From NCBI GenBank assembly GCA_963822445.1, contig CAWGHO010000003.1, positions 320,001-384,000 of the forward strand: 64,000 nucleotides of DNA, read 5' to 3'. The position numbers were made by a program, and so were the translations under genes. The notes under the pieces are model-generated. The model saw only the letters and a program-made list of their open reading frames with translations. It did not search any database and was not told the origin of the DNA. The stretch's first letter is position 1, and every line of letters begins with the position of its first letter. Below, piece by piece: positions 18,733-28,959 of this stretch. The DNA comes from an uncultured Acidobacteriota bacterium (GTDB lineage Bacteria; Acidobacteriota; Thermoanaerobaculia; Gp7-AA8).

Positions 18733-21504
18733 GTCGGGAAGTTTTGCTGGTCGACGACGAGAAGCGCTTCCGCATGGCGCTGATGCAGAAATTGCCGGAG
18801 TACACGTTCCTCGAAGCGATCTCGCCTGCGGATGGAAGGAAAGCGATTGACGCGAATCTCCAAATTCACGTCGTGCTTCTAGATCTCGACTACAAGGGAG
18901 TCGGTGACGCGACTTCCGTCATCGATCACGTCAAGGAACGCGCTGGCGATTATCGCTTCATCGTCCTCACCGCACACCAAGAGATGCTCGGCGCCGATGC
19001 CGCCGGCGAGCATGCCGTCTTTCGCTATCTGTCGAAGGACGAGCGAGTCGAGACCATTAAGTTCGCGCTCGATCAGGCATTCAAAGACCTGGAACGACAG
19101 CATCTCGCCGCGAAGTTGAGTTACCACCTCGACATCCAGGAGCGGATCGGGAGGAATGAACAACTCACCGACGTCCTGAACCTGATCTGCGAGGGAGTGC
19201 AGAGAATCGTCGGCGCATACACGTGCCACATCCGTATCTACGACTTTGCCCGGGGCGACTTTCCACTCGGAGGTTTCGCCGGCCCGAAGACATTGCGCGA
19301 GGTGCTCGATCAGCCGAAGGTGAGCGGCACGCTTTTTTCCGGAAGAGCCATCTCCACGGGATTCGAGGAGGTCATCGATGACCTTCAGACGATGCCGGAG
19401 TTTAGCGAATTCGCGAAAAAATCTCGTGAATCGCGCCGTCTGATCCCCGAACCCGAACAGAGGTACTGGCAGACCGTCCGCTCGTGTTACCTCGTTCCGA
19501 TCCGTACCGGAGTGCTCGGCAGGCGCGTGGACGCGGTTCTTAATGTGAGCAGCGAAAAACGCGCCTTCTTCACCGAGGAAAAACAAGCCCTGGTGAGGGA
19601 GTTCGTCACGCAGGCGTCTCTCGCCCTCGCCAAGCGCTGGCTCGAGCAGAAGCGCTCGGAGATCCACGAAGATCACAGCGAGATCGGCAAGATGTTTAAC
19701 GAGATGAGCGAGCTGAACAGTCTCGGCCAAATCTTCGACGTGGTGACGTCCGGCATCGCGAAACTCATCAGCGCCGAAGTCGTATCTATTTTTCTCTTCG
19801 ACGAGGAAGACGGTGTATTGAAGAACTTCGCCAGCTACAGTGGAAGCGACTATGTAAGCGACGATGATCTGGTCAAGGAGGTATACAAACCCGGCGAGAG
19901 CTTCACGGGCACCGTCTATGCCAAAGAAGATACGATCATGCGCCCCGACCCGCGCGAGGAAAAGCAGCTCAAGCCGGAAGAGGATCCTCTGCACGAATAC
20001 GAGATGCTCAAGGTGCACTTGAAGGGGATTCCGTGCGGGAAGCTGGAGCACTACGTCGGTGTGCCGCTGAGGGTTCGGGGGAAAACGCGCGGAGTGCTGC
20101 GCGCGGTGAACAAGAAGTCGAAGTATTACGACACGAAGAGGGCCCGCGGCGGAGATCCGGCGGTCCTCCTAGAGCGCGGCTTCAGCGTCGACTGTCTCAA
20201 TGCATTAACGCTCACCGCAGGCCACTTGGCAGTGACCATCCGTAATGCCGAGCTGCTCGAAAAAGAGGGACGAGCGTGTCCGGCAGGTCGAGACGCTCGT
20301 CGCGGTCGGCAAGATCGTTAACCAGACATTAGAGATGAATGATGTCCTCGCGCGCACCATCGAACAGATGGCGACGGTGATGCGGGCGCGAATCGGCATG
20401 CTCTTCCTCAAGGACGATCACGATTCCGACCGGGTCGTATTGAAGGCATGTTACGGAATGCCAGTTATCAATGCGTCATACAAGAAGGGCGAAGGCACTA
20501 CAGGGCGCTGCTATGAGAGCAACAGTCCGATCTTGATCTCCGTGGGTAGCCTGAACGACGGAAAATACAACGACCAAATCCGCGAGCACTTGCAGTCCGC
20601 GGACGGCACACCCGCGGAGATCGAGTCGTTGATGGTGGTGCCGGTCAATGTCAAGGGCATGGCCTTCGGCGTCATGAAGGTCGTGAACCGACAGGAAGGG
20701 CATGGCCCTTTCACGGTCGAAGACCTTGAGCTCTTCCAGATGTTCGCCGAATTGGTGGCGGTGACCATCGACAATGCGCAGATCTACAAGGCGGCAAACG
20801 AAAATGCGGTGCTTTCTCTGATGGTCTCCGTCGCCGCGCACGAGATCGGCAATACGTCAGGCGTCATTCCCGCCAATGTCGCCGGCATCCGCGATGCGCT
20901 CGGTACGCCGCCGCCGGAAATTGAGAACATGCTCGCCACCATTGAGGCGTCGGCCCTGGAAGCGACCGACTTCGCTAAGGAAATCTCCGGGTTCTCTCCT
21001 ACCCGTCCAGATCAGAAAGAAGATCTCGACCTAAATGAACTCGTCGACAGTATGGTGACGACATTTAAATTCGATCTGCAACGCCACAAGCAGTCGCCGC
21101 AGAGTAGGCTGGAGATCATCCCGTCGGCCGAGACGCTCATGTGCCGGATTTTTCGGCGGCCGTTCGAACAGACGATCCGGAACATCATCATCAACGCATT
21201 CCAGGCTCTCGGCGATAAGGACGACGGCTACGTGCGGGTCTCGATGGCTTCCGAGGAGCGCGAAGACGGCAGGTTCGCGGCAATCTCGGTCGAGGACAAC
21301 GGCTGCGGCATTGACCCCAAAGACACTTCCAGGATCTTCGACGGCGGCTTCACGAGAAAACCGCGCGGGAGCGGAGTGGGACTGTGGCTCGCACAGAAAC
21401 ACTTGGCACTCCTGAACGGAACGATTGCCGTCGACAGCGAACTGAATCGAGGATCGAAATTCACTGTCCGCCTTCCTCTGATCGCGGGAGGGCAGGGGGG
21501 GTGA
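18729..21504 (+). CDS. REC-GAF-GAF-GAF histidine kinase, split by a +1 frameshift at about 20260
   Basis: ORFs 18729-20321 and 20245-21504 join if one A is removed from the A5 run at 20260-20264 (NAELLEKRDERVRQVETL), collinear with paralog 25192-27945. H-box AAHEIGN, NIIINA, DNGCGI, GSGVGL. Confidence 0.85.
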
Positions 21505-22745
21505 TCCAACGTGCCCGCGTATTGATCATCGACGACCGGCTCGGCGTGCGCCAGACGCTTCGCAATGTCCTGTTCGGCCTCGATTGCATCTTCACCGAGG
21601 CGGTGAGCGGCGACAGCGCGCTCGCGATTCTGAGCAGTCAGAAATTCGACATTACGTTTCTCGATCTGTCGCTTCCGGACATTTCCGGTCTCGAGGTTCT
21701 GAAGCAGGGCAGCGAGAACGCCGACGCCATGGGAAAGGTGATCGTGCTGACCGGACTCCCAGAGGAATCTACGCGCGCGCATGCGATGGCGCTCGGGGCG
21801 TTCGCCTATCTGTCGAAAGATCCGATCGATCGAACCGCGATCCGGCAGACGTTCACGAAAGCGGTTAAGCCCGCTCGACCGTCGACGACACAGTCCCTCG
21901 CGCTGCCCGCTACTCCCGAGAAAGCCCCGTCCAAACGGAGAGCGCGTAGGATCTCACGCCCTCAGACGACAACGACACCGCAACGTCGCAAGCTCCTCGT
22001 GTTGGACGATAAGGCGTATTGGCTCGAAACGATTGAGCGTTTGTTACAGGATGAGTTCGAGGTCGTCGGCGCAGCGACCCCGAACGAGGCCTACGCGAAG
22101 ATGAAAAAGGGAAATTTTGCGCTGGTGGTGCTCGATATGAAACTGCCGGGGGACGAATCCGGTCTCGATGTCCTGAGCCGCATGCGCCGCGCGCGGCACG
22201 ATCTCCGCGCGATCATTCTGACCGAATACCCCGATTGGAAAGAGGCCGTCGAGAGCGGCAGGCGGGGCGCAATCGACTATGTGTCGAAGGCCGATCCGAC
22301 GATGCTGAAGAGCGTCGTGACGCGCATTCTAGGCGAGCGCCCGCCCACCCGCGTTTTTCTCTCCTATGACCGCCGCGACAAGGCGCGGGTACTCCAACTC
22401 TACCAACGTCTGATGACGCGCGGTTTCATTCCGTGGATCGACGTGAAGAGCCTCATCCCCGGACAGCGGTACGTGCTGCAGATCGAGGATGCGATCAAGG
22501 ATTGCGACTACTTCGTATTCTGCGTTTCCCATCACTCGGTCGAGTCAAGGGACGGGCTAATCCAGCAGGAACTGCGCGTCGCGCTCGATCTCGAGAGGCA
22601 GAAGCGTCGCGGTTCGAGTTTCCTGATTCCAGTCCGGCTTGAGCCCTGCGAGGATCATCCCGATCTGGAGGATTTTCAAGCCGTCGATCTCTATCATCGG
22701 GAAGGCTTCGCGAGTTTGATGAAGGCGCTTTCGTCGAAGCGTTAA
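21501..22745 (+). CDS. REC-REC-TIR protein
   Basis: Two intact receiver domains (IIDD..FLD..T..K; VLDD..VLD..T..K), then TIR_2 RVFLSYDRRD...PWIDVKSLIPG...AIKDCDYFVFCVS..SV...QQE...LIPVRLE. GTG start overlaps the upstream TGA. Confidence 0.9.
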   Translation: MIQRARVLIIDDRLGVRQTLRNVLFGLDCIFTEAVSGDSALAILSSQKFDITFLDLSLPDISGLEVLKQGSENADAMGKVIVLTGLPEESTRAHAMALGAFAYLSKDPIDRTAIRQTFTKAVKPARPSTTQSLALPATPEKAPSKRRARRISRPQTTTTPQRRKLLVLDDKAYWLETIERLLQDEFEVVGAATPNEAYAKMKKGNFALVVLDMKLPGDESGLDVLSRMRRARHDLRAIILTEYPDWKEAVESGRRGAIDYVSKADPTMLKSVVTRILGERPPTRVFLSYDRRDKARVLQLYQRLMTRGFIPWIDVKSLIPGQRYVLQIEDAIKDCDYFVFCVSHHSVESRDGLIQQELRVALDLERQKRRGSSFLIPVRLEPCEDHPDLEDFQAVDLYHREGFASLMKALSSKR

Positions 22746-22762
22746 ACGAATAGGTGAGACCA

Positions 22763-23635
22763 ATGACGGATCGTCGAAGAATTCTCATCGTCGATGACAG
22801 CGAATCGTGGCTGCAGACCATACGACTGATTCTTGGCGCACAATACGATCTCACATGTGTGACCAGCGCCGCCGAAGCTCAGGCTCTGATTGCGACGGAG
22901 AGATTCAACCTCGCCATCCTCGATCAGAGGCTTCCCGGGGGGCCTTCCGGTGTCGAGCTGTTTATGGTGCTGCGTGCGGTCCAGCCTGATCTGCGCGCCA
23001 TCATCCTGACCGCGCACGCCGAGGTCGGCGACGCAGTCCACAGCATAAAAAGCGGCCTGTACGACTACATTTCGAAGAGCGATGGAGCAGATCTGCGGAC
23101 AGAGCTACGCTCGCGCGTCGAACAAGCATTGCAGACCGCCCCGCGTGACGTAGACGTTGCGACTCTGCTGCAATGCGACGAAGGTGACCTCCTCGAGTTC
23201 AAGTCATCCGCACGATGGGACATGCGCGCGGCGCGCGCCAGCCATGACATCGAGACGATCATCGTGAAGGCCGTGGCCGGCTTCCTCAATTCCGACCGCG
23301 GTGGCGTGCTTCTGATCGGCGTTGATGACAATCACAACGCGATAGGTCTCGAACATGATTACCGCACGTTCAAAAAGTCGGGCCGCGATAGTTTCGCCAA
23401 TTTCCTGCGCACCCTCTTGCTCGACGCGTGCGAGAAAGACATCAGCCGGCTGATTGAGATCGACTTCCACGACATCTCCGGCAAAGACATTTGCCGTGTC
23501 CGCATCGGTCCATCTCCTCGCCCAGTCTTCGTCAAAGAGGGCCCGACCGAGGTTTTCTACCTGCGAACCGGAAACTCGACCCGGCCACTGAAGCCAAGGG
23601 AGCTCTTGGAGTTCAGTAAAGTGCGATGGAAGTAG
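22763..23635 (+). CDS. REC-AlbA_2 (Schlafen-like) protein
   Basis: Receiver (IVDD..ILD..LT..SK) followed by EGDLLEFKSS.RWD...KAVAGFLNS..GGVLLIGVDD...FYLRTGNST, the AlbA_2/Schlafen pattern. Confidence 0.88.
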   Translation: MTDRRRILIVDDSESWLQTIRLILGAQYDLTCVTSAAEAQALIATERFNLAILDQRLPGGPSGVELFMVLRAVQPDLRAIILTAHAEVGDAVHSIKSGLYDYISKSDGADLRTELRSRVEQALQTAPRDVDVATLLQCDEGDLLEFKSSARWDMRAARASHDIETIIVKAVAGFLNSDRGGVLLIGVDDNHNAIGLEHDYRTFKKSGRDSFANFLRTLLLDACEKDISRLIEIDFHDISGKDICRVRIGPSPRPVFVKEGPTEVFYLRTGNSTRPLKPRELLEFSKVRWK

Positions 23636-23971
23636 CGTGTGCGAATTACGCCCTCGCTCCCGGCTCAGCGCGAATGATCTCGTCTTCTAATGCGGCGCTT
23701 CGACAAGATCACACCCACAAGCTCCAAATACGCATAGATCGTGTCTTTCACGCCTTGCGAATTGCGCGTAGACATCTTGGATCGCGAAACGCTCCGTCGT
23801 GGTGGTCGTTCGTGGAGGCGGAACTTTACGCTCCATCCGGCAAAGAATTGCAGCGGGAGCCGGAGGCCCGCTGCCTTAACGAGCTCTGTGCCTTGCCGCA
23901 CGCGCAAGCTCTTCAAAGCAAACTTTAGCGCTTGAAGGTTTTTCGCCCGCGCTCAGTAGCGCGTTGTGGTG

Positions 23972-25195
23972 CTACCCGGCGCGCGGCACTTTTGGTGGCG
24001 ACAACGCGTCGAGGAGTGCAGCAAACCCGTTCCTTTTGAAAATATCGACGTGTTGGAAGCGATGGAGCGACGGTTCCCGTGGACAGTCTTCGAGCCGTGC
24101 CGGGATGAAGAATGTTGCACCATCCGCCTTCTCATCCTGACGGCGTAAAGCGAGCTTCACTTCGCGACGCATCACGCCCTCACGTCCCACGGAATTTCTC
24201 GAGACGAAGAAAACGAAGTAATGCGAATCTTTGATCGCTCTCTCGATCTCGAGTTCCCACTCGCTTCCCACGCGAAGCGATTTTTCGTCCATCCATGGAT
24301 AAAACCCTATCTTCGTCAATCTGCTGTGCAGCCGGGAGACAGTGGCGAAGTCCGCTCGCGCGTAACAGAGGAACACCTTCGTGGCAGGGCGCTGATCATT
24401 CAGGATGCTGTTAATCATCGCTGGAAGGGAAGTCAGCCGGTTCTTGAGGATGTGTTTGAGAGCACCGCGCCGCGCGCTTTCGAACACGGCGTCGGGGTCG
24501 TTCTCGTCCGAGATCATGATCGCCCGCAAATCGGGAACGCGCTTCCGCAGGCGCATCAGCAGGTCCAACCCAGAGACATGGCCAGCGAGGTTCACATCGA
24601 CGATGGCGAGGGCTGGGGGGTGCTGAGTGAACTTTCTGAACGCGTCATCGGCATCCGTCGCCGCGATCGGCTCGAATTCTTCGCTGAGGATGTCGAGCAT
24701 TTGCTCAAGCGAGGACGGATCGCTGTCGACGAGGAGTAAGGCGGGACGCGACTCATTTGGCACGAAACATCGCTTCTGTCCGCGTGATGCCCGCACGCTG
24801 GTCGGAGCAACGGTAGCAGGTGCAATGCCGATCGCGTCCTGAAACGCACGGCGGATGCCGCTCCATGACATCGAGCCCTTCGACAAATACCGAAACGCGC
24901 CGAGTTCATCGGCCTCCTTCGCGGAGTCCAGGTCGGGATAGCCCGTCAGAACGATAACTTTTCCAACCGCCAAATGCCGTCTGCGGGCTTCTTTGAGAAT
25001 GTCGAGTCCGGACATGTCACGCAATTTCAAATCGAGAACGATGACATCAAAGACGTTGGACTCGATCAACTCCAGTGCTCTCGAGCCGTCGTCGGCTTCG
25101 GTGAATACGCAGTCGAATCCCGTTAGCGTACTCCGCAGCATGTTGCGGATGTCGTCGCGATCGTCCACGAGCAATACTCGTGAGCGCCGCGTCAC
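23972..25195 (-). CDS. REC-REC-TIR protein (paralog of 21501-22745)
   Basis: RVLLVDD..VLD..LT..SK; second receiver LLVDSD..IVD..IS..K; TIR KVFLCYARAD...PWMDEKSLRVG...FFVSRNSV...RRE...FIPARLE. GTG at 25195 overlaps the upstream TGA. Confidence 0.9.
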   Translation of the reverse strand: MTRRSRVLLVDDRDDIRNMLRSTLTGFDCVFTEADDGSRALELIESNVFDVIVLDLKLRDMSGLDILKEARRRHLAVGKVIVLTGYPDLDSAKEADELGAFRYLSKGSMSWSGIRRAFQDAIGIAPATVAPTSVRASRGQKRCFVPNESRPALLLVDSDPSSLEQMLDILSEEFEPIAATDADDAFRKFTQHPPALAIVDVNLAGHVSGLDLLMRLRKRVPDLRAIMISDENDPDAVFESARRGALKHILKNRLTSLPAMINSILNDQRPATKVFLCYARADFATVSRLHSRLTKIGFYPWMDEKSLRVGSEWELEIERAIKDSHYFVFFVSRNSVGREGVMRREVKLALRRQDEKADGATFFIPARLEDCPREPSLHRFQHVDIFKRNGFAALLDALSPPKVPRAG

Positions 25196-27945
25196 CGCGT
25201 TGCTCCACGTTCGGCGTCTGGGAGTGTGATGACGAACCGGGAACCGCACTCTGCTCCACCGTAGACCTCGATGTTTCCGCCGAGCGTCTGCAGCTGAGCC
25301 CGCGCCAGCCACAGTCCCAACCCATTTCCCCTCGGTTTCGTGGTGAAGTCTGCGTCGAAGATTCGCCGCAGGTGCTCAGGTTTGATTCCGATTCCGTTGT
25401 CCTCGACAGATACCTCAGCCATTCCATGACTCCCTACGGCAGTGCTGATGCGAACGACGCCGGGCCTCGTGCCATCCAAAGCCTGAAAGGCATTGAGAAC
25501 GACATTGCGGATGATCTGTTTGAAGGGCGCCGGGTAAATGCCTCGAACGATCGGGCGCTCGCTCAGGGCAAGCTCGAGCCTTCCGTCATAGCGATCGAGT
25601 GTCGGAGTGAGCTCGCGGATCGTCTCCGTAATCACTTCATTGAGCTCGGATGGTTCCTTGTCGCGCACTCGTCCGGAAGAAAACCCGGCGATCCCGTTCG
25701 CAAAATCGGTTGCCTGCTCCGCGACGTTCTCGAGCCGCGAAAGCATTTGCACCACGTGCATGTTAGGGTCGCGGAGCTCCGCGCGGATCGCGGCGACTGT
25801 TACCGGGATGATGCCGATGGTGTTGTTGATCTCGTGCGCGACCGCCGCGACCATCGTCGATAGAGCTGCATTTCGTTCGGCTATCGCGAGACGCTCGTTC
25901 TGGTGCTCGTAAATCTGCGCGTTGTCGATGGCCACGGCTACGTGATCGGCGAACGTGCTGAAAAGCGCGAGATCGCTGTCCGCTTGCCCGCTCTGCACGC
26001 CGGTTCTCTTGATCACTTTCATCACGCCTATGACGCGGTGTCTGGCAACGACCGGCACGATCATCAGGGAAAACATTTCCGCGGAGAGACCATGTTTGGT
26101 TCGGAGGAAATCAAGCACGATCTTGTCGTCCTTGCTGTTCACGACCTCCGCGGCCGGCAGCAGGAGGGGATTTTGGCTCTCAGCGACCGTGCCAGTGAGG
26201 GCCTCTCCAATGCGATAAGACGCGCGCTCCACCAGCGACCGCGGGATGCCGAACGACTCCTTCAATACAAGTCGGTCGCCGTCGAGCAGGAAGAGTAAAC
26301 AGATATCCGCCTGCATCACTTCGGCGGCTTTTCCGATCGTGAGCTTCAGCAGTTCATCGATGTCAGTTTCGGAGTTGATGATGTGCGCGACTTCGCTGAG
26401 AGTTCGGGTCTGCTCGACCTGCCGGTTTTTGTCGTGCAGCAACTCTGAATTCTGAATGGCAATGCCAAGATGATTGGCCGCTATCTCCAGAACGACGAGG
26501 TCATCGCGTACGAAGCCGCGCTCCAGGAGCGCTTGGCGGTCTGTCATCGCGGTGGCACGGTCGTAATAAATCGACTTCTTGTTAATCGCGCGCAACACTC
26601 CGCGAACGTGGCCGCCGATGCGGATCGGCACTCCGAGATAGTGATCGACTCTGGCCGATGGAATGTGCCTCATCGAGACATGACGGCCTTCGTGATCGAA
26701 ACGCGTATCGTCATGCGCCCGTGAGATCGGAGTATGAGTCAATTCGGGCAGTAGCACCGACTTCGCGCTAGTGAATACATAGCCGGTCAGACTCTGGCCG
26801 GGTGCATATCCTTCTTCGAGTCCGGTAATGGTTTCGCCGCTCAGATCGACGACCTTCCGGAGAACTCCGTCTTCAAGGTCATATAGGAACACCGAGACGA
26901 CTTCGGCACCGATGATTCCCGCTATGCGGCGCGCCACGATCTCGCACAAGCTCGTGACGTCGCTGAGCTCCAGCCCATTGCTGATCGAAGCGAGCATCCA
27001 CGCGAGCGCGTCGTAGCGAGACTGAAGTTCCTCGCGCCTGTGGTGGAGCCAATGCTTTGAAATCGCCAGCGCCGCCTGATCGACGAATTCGCTGATCAGT
27101 GCGCGCCGTTCTTCGCTGAAGTAATTCGCGAGCTCGCTGCTGACATTCAGCGCGGCATCGACGCTCTGGCCGTAGAGACCAGTCCGGATCGGAACGATGT
27201 ACGCCGCACGCGCCGTTTCGAAATAGGCCCCCCCGCTGTCCATCGCTGGGTCGCGCATCTGTCTGAACTCGGGTAGTGCTTGCAGGTCGTCGAACAGCTC
27301 TGCTGAACCTGATTCCACGACTCTGCCGGAGAACAGCTCACCTTTCTTGCGCGGGGGTTCGAATGCGGAGCGCAGCCGGGCATCGCCGGCGTATCCGCGG
27401 AGCTGGTAATCGCCCGCCCGCGTGTCGTAGACGCGAATGTGACACGTGTAAGCACCGGCAGTGGTCCGTACAGCTTCGCAGATCTGGTCGAGAGTCCGGG
27501 TGAGTTCGTAGCCTTCATTGATGCCGCGCTGAATGTCGAGCAGCATTCGCATTTTGCGGTCGAGGGCCTGACGCTCCAGATCGGCGAACGCCTGATCGAT
27601 GGAGAATCGCAGCGACTCGGCGCCGTTGTCGGACTTCGAGAGGTACCTGAAAACGTCATAGTGATGCGCACTCTCCGCGCTAAGCGACGTCGAATGTGCC
27701 GTGAGAATGATGACCCGGTAGTTATCCGAGCGCGGACGGATGTGATCCAAGACTTCGGTTCCCGAACCAGGACCGAGAAACAAGTCAAGAATGATCACCT
27801 TGATCTGAGGATCGGAGTCGATGATCTCTATCGCTTCAGTCACCGATGTGGCGTTGACAAAGCGATAGTTGCGTTTTCGGAACATTCGAATGACGGTCTC
27901 GCGATACGCCCGATCGTCCTCAATGAAAAGGACATCTTTGCTCAT
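25192..27945 (-). CDS. REC-GAF-GAF-GAF histidine kinase (intact paralog of 18729-21504)
   Basis: MSKDVLFIEDD receiver; shared GAYTCHIRVYD, IRTGLYG..VDAALNVSSE, HYLGVPIR...RGVLRAINKKS; H-box VAHEINN, NVVLNA, DNGIGI, FTTKPRGNGLGL. Confidence 0.9.
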   Translation of the reverse strand: MSKDVLFIEDDRAYRETVIRMFRKRNYRFVNATSVTEAIEIIDSDPQIKVIILDLFLGPGSGTEVLDHIRPRSDNYRVIILTAHSTSLSAESAHHYDVFRYLSKSDNGAESLRFSIDQAFADLERQALDRKMRMLLDIQRGINEGYELTRTLDQICEAVRTTAGAYTCHIRVYDTRAGDYQLRGYAGDARLRSAFEPPRKKGELFSGRVVESGSAELFDDLQALPEFRQMRDPAMDSGGAYFETARAAYIVPIRTGLYGQSVDAALNVSSELANYFSEERRALISEFVDQAALAISKHWLHHRREELQSRYDALAWMLASISNGLELSDVTSLCEIVARRIAGIIGAEVVSVFLYDLEDGVLRKVVDLSGETITGLEEGYAPGQSLTGYVFTSAKSVLLPELTHTPISRAHDDTRFDHEGRHVSMRHIPSARVDHYLGVPIRIGGHVRGVLRAINKKSIYYDRATAMTDRQALLERGFVRDDLVVLEIAANHLGIAIQNSELLHDKNRQVEQTRTLSEVAHIINSETDIDELLKLTIGKAAEVMQADICLLFLLDGDRLVLKESFGIPRSLVERASYRIGEALTGTVAESQNPLLLPAAEVVNSKDDKIVLDFLRTKHGLSAEMFSLMIVPVVARHRVIGVMKVIKRTGVQSGQADSDLALFSTFADHVAVAIDNAQIYEHQNERLAIAERNAALSTMVAAVAHEINNTIGIIPVTVAAIRAELRDPNMHVVQMLSRLENVAEQATDFANGIAGFSSGRVRDKEPSELNEVITETIRELTPTLDRYDGRLELALSERPIVRGIYPAPFKQIIRNVVLNAFQALDGTRPGVVRISTAVGSHGMAEVSVEDNGIGIKPEHLRRIFDADFTTKPRGNGLGLWLARAQLQTLGGNIEVYGGAECGSRFVITLPDAERGATR

Positions 27946-28697
27946 TCGAGCTCCGAGGATGTCGGGCGCGGCAGCTCGATGGTGAAATACGCACCGGCTC
28001 TCTTGCCCGATCCAACTGAGATGTTGCCGCTGTGCGCTTCGACGATGCGCCGCGCCGCAAACAGCCGCAGGCCGATGGTCCATTGATAGGTCGTAAAAAA
28101 CAGCTTGAAACATTTCTCCTCGACTGCCTCGAACATCCCGCAGCCATTGTCTCGCCAGAACAACAGGACGTCACGCGCTGTAACATGCGACGGGATATGG
28201 ATTGCCGCTCGTGCCCCCGCGAGGGCGATGGCATATTTCGAGTTCGCCAGTGGAATTTCCAACACGAACGTCATCTGATCCGGGTCCGCGACGACGAGTA
28301 TCTCGTCATCGGGCAGGACGATTGAGACGCCGATCCCTTCGATGCCCAAGGCGAATCGCGACAGCATCGATCGCATCGACACAATTTCGCGCTGGGGCGG
28401 CTCGGGATTCAGTGCGAGCTGCCGTTGTTGCAACCGCCCGATAGCTTTGCGCGTTGCGGCGCGAATCGCCTCGCACACCTTTTTGATTTCATCGCTCGGG
28501 GGGCCGTTCAGTTCCAGAGTCTCGACCCATCCGCGAATGATCCCGATGGTATGTTTCAAGTCATGCGCGAAAAGAGAAGCAAACCCGGACACCATTCTCA
28601 GAGCCAGCGCATCCGCCTCAGCGCGCACCTTCGCCGGCCGCAAGCGGACGAGGCGTCTCTGTAGAGCAACGAAACTTAGGAACTGCCCTCGTATCAT
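27942..28697 (-). pseudogene. truncated, degenerate histidine kinase core (remnant of the first kinase of operon B)
   Basis: FAHDLKH H-box, ADPDQM, LFWRDNGCGM and FFTT are present, but the G2 box is eroded (WTIGLRL) and the sensor domains are missing next to the att site. Start is uncertain. Confidence 0.6.
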
Positions 28698-28959
28698 GTC
28701 GATGCGGAAGTATGATAGAGCCCTCAGCTTTGAGAAGGCAGAAGACTTCACAGCGCTATTCCTCTCGACGCGTTCCCCAGCGCGCGGGCTCTTCCAAGTC
28801 GGTCGCCAATATTGGCGGATCAACGCGAGAGCTATCTCGATCCCGCGTCGGCAACGAGACATGACCTGGCGATGCTCGCGCACTCGCTACGGAAGAGCGG
28901 AGCAAGTTGCATGTTGCGCTCCGAATACTTTTCGGTTCTCTCCTCCGATGGGGTTTCTT

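Larger units (their letters stand above)
15098..28959. mobile_element. genomic island 2 at tRNA-Glu (about 13.9 kb) carrying the phosphorelay-TIR/AlbA_2 clusters; no integrase
   Basis: Bounded by tRNA 3' duplications at 15098 and 28960; visibly less GC-rich than the flanks; no tyrosine or serine recombinase ORF inside. Confidence 0.8.

Noticed and set aside
20255-20270. Programmed frameshift or phase variation in the REC-GAF kinase at GAAAAAG
   Set aside because: Similar single-base indels occur in deaD, ltaE and the BTAD regulator, so assembly homopolymer error is more parsimonious; reads are needed.
23636-23971. Small gene or ncRNA between the convergent TIR operons
   Set aside because: Short ORFs on both strands lack an SD or motifs, and no convincing structure is visible.
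21501-25195. Canonical Thoeris, CBASS or Pycsar system
   Set aside because: No ThsA (SIR2/Macro/SLOG), CD-NTase, cyclase or SAVED gene is present in the island.
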